A program made the position numbers and the translations under genes. A stretch of 37,029 nt of DNA, from the NCBI GenBank assembly GCA_035285125.1, contig JAYKHR010000109.1, positions 1 through 37,029 on the forward strand. The letters are read 5' to 3'. Of the stretch, positions 8,641-19,445 are shown piece by piece; the stretch's first letter is position 1; every line of letters begins with the position of its first letter. The notes under the pieces are model-generated. The model was not told where the DNA came from. It worked only from the letters and a program-made list of their open reading frames with translations, and did no database searches. This DNA comes from Candidatus Sericytochromatia bacterium. GTDB lineage: Bacteria > Cyanobacteriota > Sericytochromatia > S15B-MN24 > JAQBPE01.

Positions 8641-9411
8641 TCAGGCCCGGCGCTGTCGCACGGCCTCGTACAGGCAGACGGTGGCGGCCATGGCCGCGTT
8701 CAGGCTCTCGGCCCGCCCCGGGATGGGGATCTTGACGCTCGCGTCGGCCTGCGCGAGGGCCTCGGGGTCCAACCCCCGGCCCTCGTTCCCGACCAGCAGA
8801 GCCACGCCGCCGCGCATGTCAGCGTCGAAGAGGTCGGACGCCCCCTCCGCCAGCGTCAGGGCGAGCAGCCTGATGCCTGGAAACGTCTCGCGGAGCTGGC
8901 CCAGCTCCAGCGTCAGCACGGGAAGGTGAAAGCAGGAGCCCATCGAGCCACGCACCACCTTCGGCGCCCAAGGGTCCGTGGTGCCTGGCGTGACGACGAC
9001 AGCATCGGCGCCCGTGGCGTCGGCTGCCCGGATGATGGTGCCGAGGTTGCCCGGGTCCTGCAGGCCGTGCGCGACCAGCACCAGCGGGGCCGGACGCGAG
9101 GGGGCGGGCGCTGGGCGGGGCAGCGGCGCCACGGCGACCACGCCGTCCGGCGTCTCGGTGGTGGCGATCGCCGCCAGCACGGCTTCCGGGACGACGTAGC
9201 GCTCGGCCGCATGCACCGCGACGCCCCGGCCCCACCAAGCCTCGGTGCCGAAGACCTGGGTGGGCACAAGACCCGCCGCGAGCGCCTCGGCCAGCACCTT
9301 GGACCCCTCGACCAGGAAGAGGCCAGCGGCTTCGCGGTGCTTGCGCTGGGCCAGCGAGCGCGCCTGCTTGACGCGGGGGTTCTGGGCGCTGGTCAGGGGG
9401 GTGAGGGGCAT
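8641..9411 (-). CDS. TrmH/SpoU family RNA 2'-O-methyltransferase
   Basis: LQDPGNLGTIIRAADA, VVRGSMG, LVGNEGRG, IPIPGRAESLNAAMA. Confidence 0.92.
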   Translation of the reverse strand: MPLTPLTSAQNPRVKQARSLAQRKHREAAGLFLVEGSKVLAEALAAGLVPTQVFGTEAWWGRGVAVHAAERYVVPEAVLAAIATTETPDGVVAVAPLPRPAPAPSRPAPLVLVAHGLQDPGNLGTIIRAADATGADAVVVTPGTTDPWAPKVVRGSMGSCFHLPVLTLELGQLRETFPGIRLLALTLAEGASDLFDADMRGGVALLVGNEGRGLDPEALAQADASVKIPIPGRAESLNAAMAATVCLYEAVRQRRA

Positions 9412-9423
9412 CGGGGTGTCCGA

Positions 9424-9456
9424 AGAAAACCCCCTCCCCCGGGGAGGGGAGGGGGG
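9424..9456 (-). terminator. Intrinsic terminator after rplT
   Basis: Minus strand CCCCCTCCCC...GGGGAGGGGG hairpin followed by TTTTCTT. Confidence 0.75.
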
Positions 9457-9472
9457 CTGCGGCGGCTGAGGC

Positions 9473-9829
9473 TCAGGCGCTCAGCGTGTTCTTGGCCGAG
9501 GCGACCAGCTTGTTGAAGGTCGACGGGTCGTTGACGGCGAGGTCAGCGAGGACCTTCCGGTTGACCTCAATCTGGGCCTTCTTCAGGCCGTTGATCAGCT
9601 GGCTGTAGGACATGCCCTCAATGCGGGCAGCCGCGTTGATGCGCTGAATCCACAGGGCGCGGAAGTCACGCTTCTTCTTGCGGCGATCGCGGTACGAGTG
9701 CTTGAGAGCACGCATCATCGCCTGGTTCGCGGCGCGGAACACCTTGCTCAAAGAGCCGCGGAAGCCCTTTGTCAGCTTGAAGACCTTCTTGTGCTTGTTG
9801 CGGTTGGCGACACCACGTTTGACGCGCAT
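9473..9829 (-). CDS. rplT: 50S ribosomal protein L20
   Basis: MRVKRG...[23 protein letters not shown]...[19 protein letters not shown]. Confidence 0.98.
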   Translation of the reverse strand: MRVKRGVANRNKHKKVFKLTKGFRGSLSKVFRAANQAMMRALKHSYRDRRKKKRDFRALWIQRINAAARIEGMSYSQLINGLKKAQIEVNRKVLADLAVNDPSTFNKLVASAKNTLSA

Positions 9830-9876
9830 GGCGGGAGCTCCTTATGAATGTGAGGGCCGCGGGGAGGCGGCGACGA

Positions 9877-10086
9877 TCAGCGCAGGTACTGGGGGTAGGG
9901 CAGCGCGAGCTTGACGCGCTTCTCGTCCGCCGTGTCGACGGTGGCTTCGCCGGTGACGCGGTTCTTCCGCGCGGGCGACTTCCAGACGAGAAGGTGCTTG
10001 CCACCCGCCTTGCGACGGATCAGCTTGCCGGAACCGCTCACCGCGAACCGCTTGGCGGAGGCGCGATGCGTCTTCATCTTGGGCAT
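9877..10086 (-). CDS. rpmI: 50S ribosomal protein L35
   Basis: MPKMKTHRASAKRF...HLL; located between infC and rplT; ATG at 10086 after AAGGAG. Confidence 0.95.
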   Translation of the reverse strand: MPKMKTHRASAKRFAVSGSGKLIRRKAGGKHLLVWKSPARKNRVTGEATVDTADEKRVKLALPYPQYLR

Positions 10087-10091
10087 CTGGA

Positions 10092-10610
10092 TCACTTCTC
10101 CTTCTTGGGCGCAACGATGATGAACAACGTTCGCCCTTCTTGACGAGGCTCACGCTCGAGGACGGCCATGTCCTCCACGTCACGGACAAACCGCATCAGA
10201 AGCTCGGCTGCGAGCGCGCTGTGCTGCACTTCGCGACCGCGAAAGCGAATGGTCACCTTGACCTTGTCGCCTTCCTTGATGAACTTCTGAAGCGACCGAA
10301 GCCGCACCTGGTAGTCGTGCTCGCCAATCTTGTAGCTCAGGGTGAGCTCCTTGAGGCTGACGACGTGCTGCTTCTTCCGCGCCTCGCGGTTCTTCTTTTC
10401 CGTCTCGAACTTGTGGCGACCATAGTCCATGATCTTGGCGACGGGCGGATTGGCATCCGCTGCCACCAGCACCAGGTCCAGGTTTTTTTCCTGGGCAATC
10501 CGAAGGGCCTCTCGCGAGACGAGGATGCCAAGCTGCTCACCGTTGTCGTCGATGACGCGAAGCTCGCGAGCGCGAATCCGCTCGTTGATGATGGCCGTTT
10601 CCTTGAGAAT
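10092..10610 (-). CDS. infC: Translation initiation factor IF-3 (ATT start)
   Basis: INERIRARELRVID, LDLVLVA, PPVAKIMDYG, GDKVKVTIRFRGRE; GGAGG then 8 nt then in-frame ATT at 10610. Confidence 0.95.
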   Translation of the reverse strand: MLKETAIINERIRARELRVIDDNGEQLGILVSREALRIAQEKNLDLVLVAADANPPVAKIMDYGRHKFETEKKNREARKKQHVVSLKELTLSYKIGEHDYQVRLRSLQKFIKEGDKVKVTIRFRGREVQHSALAAELLMRFVRDVEDMAVLEREPRQEGRTLFIIVAPKKEK

Positions 10611-10623
10611 GGCTCGTTCCTCC

Positions 10624-10751
10624 AAAAAAAATGCGAGCAGGTGCTCTACACCTGCCCGACCGAATGTCTGTGAGCCGGAGGGCTCGCACATTTGGTCACG
10701 GTTACCGCGGCGAACACGTGGTTGCCGGGTGAGAAGGTGTACTTCTGCTTG
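10624..10751 (-). ncRNA. L20 leader-like cis-regulatory RNA/attenuator of infC-rpmI-rplT
   Basis: Minus strand AGCAGAAG-TACAC-CTTCTCACC hairpin resembling Firmicutes L20 leaders; GCAGGTG-TAGAG-CACCTGC hairpin, then TCGCA and 8 T just before the infC SD. Confidence 0.7.
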
Positions 10752-10768
10752 CACCCATGAACTTCACC

Positions 10769-10797
10769 AAGTTACCAGCCCGTTGCGGCGACGTCAA
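10769..10797 (-). promoter_or_regulatory. Sigma70 promoter of the infC operon
   Basis: TTGACG-17 nt-TAACTT with TGG immediately before the -10. Confidence 0.75.
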
Positions 10798-10821
10798 GCC
10801 AGGCGCTGGTGCGGGATCCGC

Positions 10822-12243
10822 TCAAAAAGCCTGGATGTGCAGGTCCTTGATCGCGAGGCTGGCGGTGTCCATCAGGTTGATGGTCTGCTGGTCGACGCGG
10901 ATGAGCGGCCGGAGCGGGTCCAGGCGGTTGTTCTGGACGACCTGGGCCACCCGGCCGTCTTCCAGCTTCACGAAGGCCTGCACCGGATACGGGTAGACGT
11001 AGCGCGCAAACGCCTTGATGACGACGGGGTCCAGGCCGAGCCGCTCCCCGTTGCGGATCGTCACGTAGCTGAACTCCGCCGTGTAGCGCTGGCGGTAGCC
11101 GGTGTCGGAGGCGAGGGCGTCGTAGACCTCCGCGACGGCGACGATGCGCGCCATCACGTGAATCTGGTCGCCCTGCAGCCGCTGCGGGTAGCCCGTGCCG
11201 TTGATGCGCTCGTGGTGCTCGTGCACGATGCGGGCCATCTCGGGCGTCGCCCACGGGAGCTTTTCCATGATGCGCCGCCCCATCACGGGGTGCGCCCGGA
11301 GCAGATCGATGTGCTGCGCCGAGAGCGCCCCGGGCTTCTCGAGCACCTCGGGCGGGATGGCGGCCTTTCCGATGTCGTGACACAGCGCCGCGATCCCGAG
11401 CGTGACCAGCTGTCGGGCGTCCAGCCCCATGGCCATGCCGGTGGCGATCGAGAGGGTCATCACGTTGACGGGGTGGCTCTTGTGGTGGGGCTGGTTGACG
11501 ACGCGCAGCTCGAGGCCGTCTCCGAGCCGGTCCTGGCTCGCGCCCAGCCGCGCGATGACCTCCTGGACCACCGCGCCCAGCGGCGGGTACGCCGGCAGGT
11601 GTCCGCCGCGCAGCTGCTGGTCGGTGGCGTCGGCCGCCAGCATCGCCGTCATGAGGCTGCGCTCCGTGAGCACGTGGGCGGGGTTGTGGTAGTAGCGCAC
11701 CTGCGGGCCTGTCGGCACGGGCGGCGGCGGGAAGGGCGTGCCCGCTGGCGAGGGCGCTGCGCTCGGCGCGGGCGGCACCGCGGGGGGCGGCCAGGCCACC
11801 GGGCCGGCTGGGCCTGGCGCTGGCGGGTGGGGCCCGGGAACGGGCGGCGGCAGCGAGGCCGGCGGACGGGCCCCTGACGCTGCGGGCGGCCACGCGGCGG
11901 GGGGGAGGGCCGCCGATGCCGCGGGCGGCGGTGGGGCGGCGGACGCGTGGCCTTGGGGCTGGACGTTGACGGCGGCCGTGTACTCGAACAGGATGGCGGG
12001 CAGCTCCGGCACGTGGATGTCGAAGCTGTCGAGGTCCCGGCGCCCGCTCTCGGCAGCGCCGTGGAGCAGCTCGTCGAAGCCCTCCATGCACGACTTGAGC
12101 ATGGGCAGCAGCCCCTGCCGGTTCAGGCGGTCGATGTAGGCCCCTGTCAGCACCGTGCCCGGTGGCAGCAGGATGTTGCCGTTCGTCGGGTGCATCAGCG
12201 GCCGGGCCAGGCGCTTGCCAGGGGCGATCAGTTCATCCGACAC
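10822..12243 (-). CDS. HD-GYP domain protein (c-di-GMP phosphodiesterase family) with Pro-rich insert
   Basis: ALCHDIGK, AHPVMG, HEHHERINGTGYP; GTG start at 12243 after GGAGG; TATAAT at 12268-12273 upstream. Confidence 0.85.
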   Translation of the reverse strand: MSDELIAPGKRLARPLMHPTNGNILLPPGTVLTGAYIDRLNRQGLLPMLKSCMEGFDELLHGAAESGRRDLDSFDIHVPELPAILFEYTAAVNVQPQGHASAAPPPPAASAALPPAAWPPAASGARPPASLPPPVPGPHPPAPGPAGPVAWPPPAVPPAPSAAPSPAGTPFPPPPVPTGPQVRYYHNPAHVLTERSLMTAMLAADATDQQLRGGHLPAYPPLGAVVQEVIARLGASQDRLGDGLELRVVNQPHHKSHPVNVMTLSIATGMAMGLDARQLVTLGIAALCHDIGKAAIPPEVLEKPGALSAQHIDLLRAHPVMGRRIMEKLPWATPEMARIVHEHHERINGTGYPQRLQGDQIHVMARIVAVAEVYDALASDTGYRQRYTAEFSYVTIRNGERLGLDPVVIKAFARYVYPYPVQAFVKLEDGRVAQVVQNNRLDPLRPLIRVDQQTINLMDTASLAIKDLHIQAF

Positions 12244-12336
12244 GGGGCCTCCGTCACGCAGGCCTCGATTATAGCGCACGATGGGCCCGAGCGGCCCGGC
12301 AGGCGTGCCATCAGCGGAAGCTGGGGCTCGCGGCGC

Positions 12337-13858
<1,522 letters not shown>

Positions 13859-13963
13859 GGTCGGCCTGCACGGGCGGGGGCGTGGGGCTTTGTAACCGGC
13901 TGTCCCGGCGCGCACAACGGGGTATGTGGCCACCCGTGGCCTGGACGAACCGAGGAGGGACCC

Positions 13964-14911
13964 GTGGGCGCCGTGGTGTATTTCGCGCAACGACGGGCGT
14001 GCCCGGGCGGCGGGTTGCTCGACAAGCTCGATGCGATGGCCGAGGCCATCGACCTGAGCGGCCTGGCCCCACCAGGCTCGGCGGTGGCGGTGCTGACGGC
14101 CTTCGGTGCGCCGGGCAACACGACGTTCCTGCGGCCGACCTATGCCCAGTTGCTGGCGCGCCGGCTGCACCGGGCCGGGATGGCCCCCTTCCTGACGGCG
14201 TGCCTGCCGCTCGAGGCGCAGCCGGCCCGAACGGGGCTCGCCGTCCTGACCTGCGCCGCCCGGCACGGCTTCGGCGCGGGCGCCGAGGAGGTCCCGCTGG
14301 TGGTGGCGGACGGCGTGCGGGGCGAGGGGGAGCGCGTCATCGCGGCCCCGGGCCTCCACCTGCCCGAGGCGCGGCTGGGGGGCGCCCTGGCGGAGGCCGA
14401 CGCCCTCGTGGTGCTCACGCACGTCACGGGTCACCCGGTGGCCGGGTTGGGTGGGGCCCTGACGCACCTCGGCTGGGGGGGCTCCTCGCGGCGCGGCAAG
14501 GCCGCGATCCTGGGCGCTGCCCCCGAGGGCCTGGTGCCCGAGGCCGCCAGCCGGCTGGTGCAGGCTCGCCTGGTCGAGGCGGCGGCTGCCCTCGTGCGCG
14601 GCAAGGCGGGCCGGCTGGTGTGCGTGAACGTCCTGGTCGACGTGACGCCGGAGGGGGACGAGTGCCCCTGGAGCGACGCGCCCTTCGTGGCTGACGTGGG
14701 CGTGCTCGTGTCGCGGGACCCCGTGGCGATCGACCAGGCCACGGTGGAGCTGATCGCCCAGGCCCCGGGCCTGGCGGGCACGCGCCTGCCCCGCCCCGAC
14801 TTGGCGGACAAGCTGGGGGCGTTGCATCCGGGTGTGGATTGGGAACATCAACTGGAGCACGCGGAGGCGTTGGGCCTCGGCGCACGCACCCACGAGCTGT
14901 TCGTGGTGTAG
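13964..14911 (+). CDS. DUF362 family protein (no ferredoxin insert)
   Basis: [26 protein letters not shown]...[35 protein letters not shown]. Confidence 0.75.
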   Translation: MGAVVYFAQRRACPGGGLLDKLDAMAEAIDLSGLAPPGSAVAVLTAFGAPGNTTFLRPTYAQLLARRLHRAGMAPFLTACLPLEAQPARTGLAVLTCAARHGFGAGAEEVPLVVADGVRGEGERVIAAPGLHLPEARLGGALAEADALVVLTHVTGHPVAGLGGALTHLGWGGSSRRGKAAILGAAPEGLVPEAASRLVQARLVEAAAALVRGKAGRLVCVNVLVDVTPEGDECPWSDAPFVADVGVLVSRDPVAIDQATVELIAQAPGLAGTRLPRPDLADKLGALHPGVDWEHQLEHAEALGLGARTHELFVV

Positions 14912-14928
14912 GAGCCAGGAGGCGCACG

Positions 14929-15681
14929 ATGGTGGTTGCCCGGATCGATGGTCGGGGGGCGGATGGCCTGAGGCCCGTCACGCTCGAGCGCCGGTGGACG
15001 CGTCACGCCGAGGGCTCGGTGCTGATCAGCGCGGGCGACACCCGGGTGCTGGTGACGGCCTCCGTCGAGGAGAAGGTCCCCGCCTTCCTGCGCAACACGG
15101 GGCAGGGCTGGCTGACGGCCGAGTACGCCCTGCTGCCGCGTTCGACCCACACGCGGACCCAGCGGGAGAGCGCCCAGGGGCGCGTTGGCGGTCGCACGCA
15201 CGAGATCCAGCGCCTGATCGGCCGCTCGCTGCGGGCGTGCATCGACCTCTCGGCCCTGGGCGAGCGCACGATCCACGTCGACTGCGACGTGCTGCAGGCC
15301 GACGGGGGAACGCGCACGGCCGCCATCACCGGCGCCTATGTGGCCGTGGTGGATGCGCTGCGGTGGCTGCGCGAGCGCAAGCTGATCGGCGCGGTGCCGC
15401 TGGTCGGGCAGCTTGCGGCGGTGTCCGTCGGGGTGGTGGACGGCGAGCCCCTGCTCGACCTCTGCTACGAGGAGGACTCGCGCGCCGCCGTCGACATGAA
15501 CGTCGTCTCGCTGGGCGACGGCCGCATGGTCGAGGTGCAGGCCACGGCGGAGGGTGCGCCCTACGACCGCCGGACGCTGGAGCGGCTGCTCGACCTCGCC
15601 TCGTCCGGGATCGCGCAGCTGATGGTGCTGCAGCGCGAGTCGCTCGATGGCCTCGAGCTACCCACGCCCGTGGCCACCTGA
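14929..15681 (+). CDS. rph: Ribonuclease PH
   Basis: RIDGR...[60 protein letters not shown]. Confidence 0.97.
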   Translation: MVVARIDGRGADGLRPVTLERRWTRHAEGSVLISAGDTRVLVTASVEEKVPAFLRNTGQGWLTAEYALLPRSTHTRTQRESAQGRVGGRTHEIQRLIGRSLRACIDLSALGERTIHVDCDVLQADGGTRTAAITGAYVAVVDALRWLRERKLIGAVPLVGQLAAVSVGVVDGEPLLDLCYEEDSRAAVDMNVVSLGDGRMVEVQATAEGAPYDRRTLERLLDLASSGIAQLMVLQRESLDGLELPTPVAT

Positions 15682-15768
15682 CGGGGGGCCGGCCTCGGGG
15701 CTGCCGGCTGGGAATCAAGCCGTGCTGGCAGCGGCCTGTGGCACGTTCGCGCCCGAAGGGCGCAGGCT

Positions 15769-16764
15769 TCAAAGCTGCCGGCTGTAAAAGGCGTCCGAGC
15801 CCTCGGCGTGGAAGCCTGCGCGGGTGTAGAGGCCCAGCACGCCCGCCTCCGTCCCCGACACCTCGAGACGCACCCGCGTGCGGCCCCCGGCGTGGGCATC
15901 TGCCAGCGCGCGCGAGAGCAGGGCTGAGGCCAAGCCGCGCCCGCGCAGGGTCGGCAGCACGCCGAGGAACTGCAGCACCGCGTCCGTCGTGCCGGGCGGT
16001 AGGGTCTGGAAGCACAGGCCCACGATCGCGCCGTCTGGCCTCCGTGCCACCAGGAAGCTGGTGGACGCGTAGGCGCCGAGGGCGTGCCAGGCGCGCAACT
16101 CGGCCTCGTCGAGCAGGTGCATCGCCGGGTGGGGCTGGCCAATAATGGCCCGGTAGGTGGCGATCGCCTCCGCGTGGTCTTCGTCAGGACCGAGGTAGGC
16201 CAGCTCGAAGCCCTCCGGAGTCGCCACGCGCGAGGCCTGGCCCACCGCATCGTGGGCCATTCGCCAGAACTGCCGGTCGAGGACGAACCCGGCCCGGCCC
16301 GTCAGGAACTCGCGCGCGAGCTGGTTGTCGGCGGCAACGCGGGTGAGGGCCTGCTTGCCGGGGAAGCGGCCCGAGAGCTCAGCCAGCAGCACCGTCAGCA
16401 GCTGGGCCCCGATCCCCTGCCCCTGGTGGGTTGGCAAAATGGAGGGTCCGACCAGGAACACGAAGCCCTCGGCGACGCGCTCGGGCCAGGGAAACGCGGC
16501 CACCATCCCCACGAGACCCTCCGCGTCCACGGCCACGCGGATGTCCCGGGCGGGCTCGAGCGCGGGGTCGCCGAACCAGGCCCAGAAACGCTCGGCCGTC
16601 AGGCGCGCCACCTCGATCGGGCGGGCCTGGTTGTAGACGTCGAGCAGGGCGTCGAGGTCATCGGGGCTGAAGGGACGGACGGTGATCGTCATCGAGGCTG
16701 CCGGTGCGTGGGGGGCCCCCGGTGGGCCACCCTCGTCGCCATCATGCCACGGCGAGCGGCGCAT
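15769..16764 (-). CDS. Tandem-domain GNAT acetyltransferase (alternative start 16692)
   Basis: Two acetyl-CoA motifs, ILPTHQGQGIGAQLL and VLPTLRGRGLASALL...LYTRAGF; ATG overlaps the upstream TGA. Confidence 0.8.
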   Translation of the reverse strand: MRRSPWHDGDEGGPPGAPHAPAASMTITVRPFSPDDLDALLDVYNQARPIEVARLTAERFWAWFGDPALEPARDIRVAVDAEGLVGMVAAFPWPERVAEGFVFLVGPSILPTHQGQGIGAQLLTVLLAELSGRFPGKQALTRVAADNQLAREFLTGRAGFVLDRQFWRMAHDAVGQASRVATPEGFELAYLGPDEDHAEAIATYRAIIGQPHPAMHLLDEAELRAWHALGAYASTSFLVARRPDGAIVGLCFQTLPPGTTDAVLQFLGVLPTLRGRGLASALLSRALADAHAGGRTRVRLEVSGTEAGVLGLYTRAGFHAEGSDAFYSRQL

Positions 16765-17018
16765 CACACCACGGCCTGCATGAACAGCGCCGACGCTAGC
16801 ACCATCGCGGCCAGGTGCCGCCGGCGCTTGCCCGGCGTGTCCAGCAGCTCGGCGCCGTGGCAGAGCCGGAAGGCCGTCGGCACCACGCACACCACGGTGA
16901 AGAGGCCGATGGCCAGCTCGCCCGCGTGATCGAGGTCCGGACGCACGAGCCCCATGAGGCCGCGCACGCCCAGGGAGGCGAGCAGCAGGGTGACGAGGTA
17001 GGCGATGCGAGCGGTCAC
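16764..17018 (-). CDS. Small membrane protein (about 3 TM, 84 aa)
   Basis: GGAGG then GTG at 17018; three hydrophobic segments; stop coupled to the GNAT gene. Confidence 0.6.
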   Translation of the reverse strand: MTARIAYLVTLLLASLGVRGLMGLVRPDLDHAGELAIGLFTVVCVVPTAFRLCHGAELLDTPGKRRRHLAAMVLASALFMQAVV

Positions 17019-17208
17019 AGGACACCTCCGGGGGGACGCGGCCATCTTCCCACGGGGCCAGGGGTGGGCGTTCAACGATTCGTGAAGGCCCGTCGGCTCG
17101 GCCAAGTTCACCAAAGGGCTTCGGCCTCCGGCGACTCGCCCGCGGGGCCGGCCGTCGCCAGAATGGGTCCCTGGTGGCGGCGCTGGGCCGCCTGGAAGGA
17201 GGTTCGGG

Positions 17209-18420
17209 ATGGGGCGCGAGCAGGTGCCGGTCGTGCGGGAGGTGCCAACCCGGCCCCGGCGGGACACCTTCCTGGTCTTCGGCATGCCTCTCATCGAAGA
17301 GGAGGAGATTGCCGAGGTGGTGGCAACGCTGAGGTCTGGCTGGCTGGGCACGGGGCCCAAGACCCGGGCCTTCGAGGAGCGCTTCGCGGCCCACGTGGGC
17401 GTCCCCCACGCCCTCGCCCTGAACTCCTGCACGGCGGGGCTTCACCTCGCGCTCGACGCGTTGGGGGTCGGCCCCGGGGACGAGGTCGTCGTGCCGACGC
17501 TCACCTTCGCCGCCACCGCCAACGTGGTCTGCCACGTCGGAGCCACGCCCGTGTTCGTCGACGTGGATCCGGTGACCATGAACCTGGACCCTGCGGCGTT
17601 CGAGGCCGCCATCACGCCCCGCACCCGGGCCGTCATCCCCGTCCACTTCGCGGGGCGGCCGTGTGAGATGGACGCGCTGGTGGCGATCGCCCGGCGCCAC
17701 GGGGTCCACGTCGTGGAGGATGCTGCGCACGCCACCGAGGCCTGGTACCACGGCCGGCCGACGGGGGCCCTCGGGGATGTGGCCGCCTTCAGCTTCTACA
17801 GCACGAAGAACGTCGTCACCGGCGAGGGGGGCATGGTGACGACGGCCCGGGCAGAGCTGGCCGACACGATGCGCATCCGCAGCCTGCACGGCCTCAGCCG
17901 GGATGCGTGGCGACGCTACAGCGCCGCCGGCTACCAGCCCTACCAGGTGCTACACCCCGGCTTCAAGTACAACATGACCGACATGCAGGCGTCGCTGGGG
18001 CTTCATCAGCTCGCGAAGGTCGAGCGGTTCTGGCGCCGGCGGGATGCGATCTGGCAACGCTACAACGCGGCCTTTGCAGGCCACGCCGAGCTCACGCTGC
18101 CCGCCCCCGACGAGCCTGACACCCGGCACGCGCGGCACCTGTACACCGTGTTGCTGGACCTCGACCACCTGTCGATCGACCGGTACGCCTTCATGGAGGC
18201 CCTGCGCCTCGAGCAGATCGGGACGGGCGTCCACTTCGAGGCGCTTCACCTGCAGCCCTACTACCGGGAGCGCTTCGGCTGGCGCCCGGGCCAGCTCCCG
18301 CATGCCGAGCGCATCGCGGCGCGGACGGTCTCATTGCCGCTCTCGCCGCGGCTCACGGACGAGGACGTCGATGACGTCGTGGCCGCCGTGGCGCGCGTGC
18401 TCCACCAGGAGCGGCGATGA
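17209..18420 (+). CDS. DegT/DnrJ/EryC1/StrS sugar aminotransferase
   Basis: SGWLGTGP, NSCTAGLHLAL, VVEDAAHA, FSFYSTKNVVTGEGGM (PLP lysine), GFKYNMTD. Confidence 0.93.
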   Translation: MGREQVPVVREVPTRPRRDTFLVFGMPLIEEEEIAEVVATLRSGWLGTGPKTRAFEERFAAHVGVPHALALNSCTAGLHLALDALGVGPGDEVVVPTLTFAATANVVCHVGATPVFVDVDPVTMNLDPAAFEAAITPRTRAVIPVHFAGRPCEMDALVAIARRHGVHVVEDAAHATEAWYHGRPTGALGDVAAFSFYSTKNVVTGEGGMVTTARAELADTMRIRSLHGLSRDAWRRYSAAGYQPYQVLHPGFKYNMTDMQASLGLHQLAKVERFWRRRDAIWQRYNAAFAGHAELTLPAPDEPDTRHARHLYTVLLDLDHLSIDRYAFMEALRLEQIGTGVHFEALHLQPYYRERFGWRPGQLPHAERIAARTVSLPLSPRLTDEDVDDVVAAVARVLHQERR

Positions 18421-19445
18421 CGGGGGCGGCAGGGGTGCTGCAGCGCATCGACTGGGACACCGACCCGGCCGACTGGGACGAGGCCGTGCGGCGCTGTCCC
18501 GGGGTGACGGCCTTCCACAGCGCTGGCTGGCTCGGGGCGATGGCTGCCTGCTTCGGCGCGAGCCCCGTGCGGGCCCGCTTCTGGTTCGCAGACGGCGCAG
18601 AGGCCTTCGTGGCCCTGTCCCTGCGGCGCCTCGGCGGTGGCTGGCTCCCGCTGGCCGTGGCAGGCGAGACGGGCGTATACGGCGGCGTGCTCGCCCCCGG
18701 CCCGCTGCCGCCCGAGCATGTCGCGGCCGTGCTGGAGGCCGTGCGCCGGCGGCACGGGGCGGTCCGCGTCTTCGGCAACCCCTTCGTGCCGGGGGGCGAG
18801 GCACTGCCGACGTCGCCGCCGTGGCGACCGCTGCCCCAGGCCACGCACGTCCTGCCGCTTGCGGGCCGCGACGACCCTCGCCAGGGCTTCAGCCGGGGCT
18901 GCAAGGCCCGCTGCAACAAGGCCGCCAAGCTCGGGCAGGAGGCGAGGTGGCAGGAGGGCCGCGGCGCGGCCGAGGTGTTCGAGCCGCTGTACCGCGACAG
19001 CGTGCGCCGCTGGGGCGACCGGCTCACGTGGGAGCGGCCGCGCGCCTTCTTCGAGGCCGTGCTGGGGCTCGCGGGCGCCGAGGCCCGGCTCGTCGTCGTC
19101 GAGCGCCGGGGTGAGCCCGTGGCTGCGATGTTGTTCCTGCGCTGGGGCTCCCTCGTGCACTACGTGGCGGGGGCCTCTCGGGAGGACGCCCTCCCGGGGT
19201 GTCCCAGCAACCTCGCGATGGAGGCCGCCATCACGCGCTACGCGGCGGAGGGGGCCACGCTGCTCGACATGGGGCCGAGCAGCGGGCTGGAGGGCGTGGC
19301 CCGGTTCAAGGCCTCCTTCGGAGCCCAGGAGGTGCCCTACCGCGGGGTCGAGGTGCTGACGTGGCCCCTGGCGGCCTTCCTCGCCTGCCGGGAACGGCTG
19401 CCATCTGTCACGTGGCGGCCCGCGGCTGCAGGAGCCTCGGCGTGA
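18417..19445 (+). CDS. FemAB-like/GNAT family protein of polysaccharide loci
   Basis: TAFHSAGWL, PSNLAMEAAI, LLDMGPS...GVARFKASFGA; ATGA-coupled to the aminotransferase. Confidence 0.75.
   Translation: MTGAAGVLQRIDWDTDPADWDEAVRRCPGVTAFHSAGWLGAMAACFGASPVRARFWFADGAEAFVALSLRRLGGGWLPLAVAGETGVYGGVLAPGPLPPEHVAAVLEAVRRRHGAVRVFGNPFVPGGEALPTSPPWRPLPQATHVLPLAGRDDPRQGFSRGCKARCNKAAKLGQEARWQEGRGAAEVFEPLYRDSVRRWGDRLTWERPRAFFEAVLGLAGAEARLVVVERRGEPVAAMLFLRWGSLVHYVAGASREDALPGCPSNLAMEAAITRYAAEGATLLDMGPSSGLEGVARFKASFGAQEVPYRGVEVLTWPLAAFLACRERLPSVTWRPAAAGASA

Noticed and set aside
10611..10754. 48-aa N-terminal extension of IF-3 in the ORF track
   Set aside because: The region is the structured leader and terminator; SD plus ATT at 10610 is the typical infC start.
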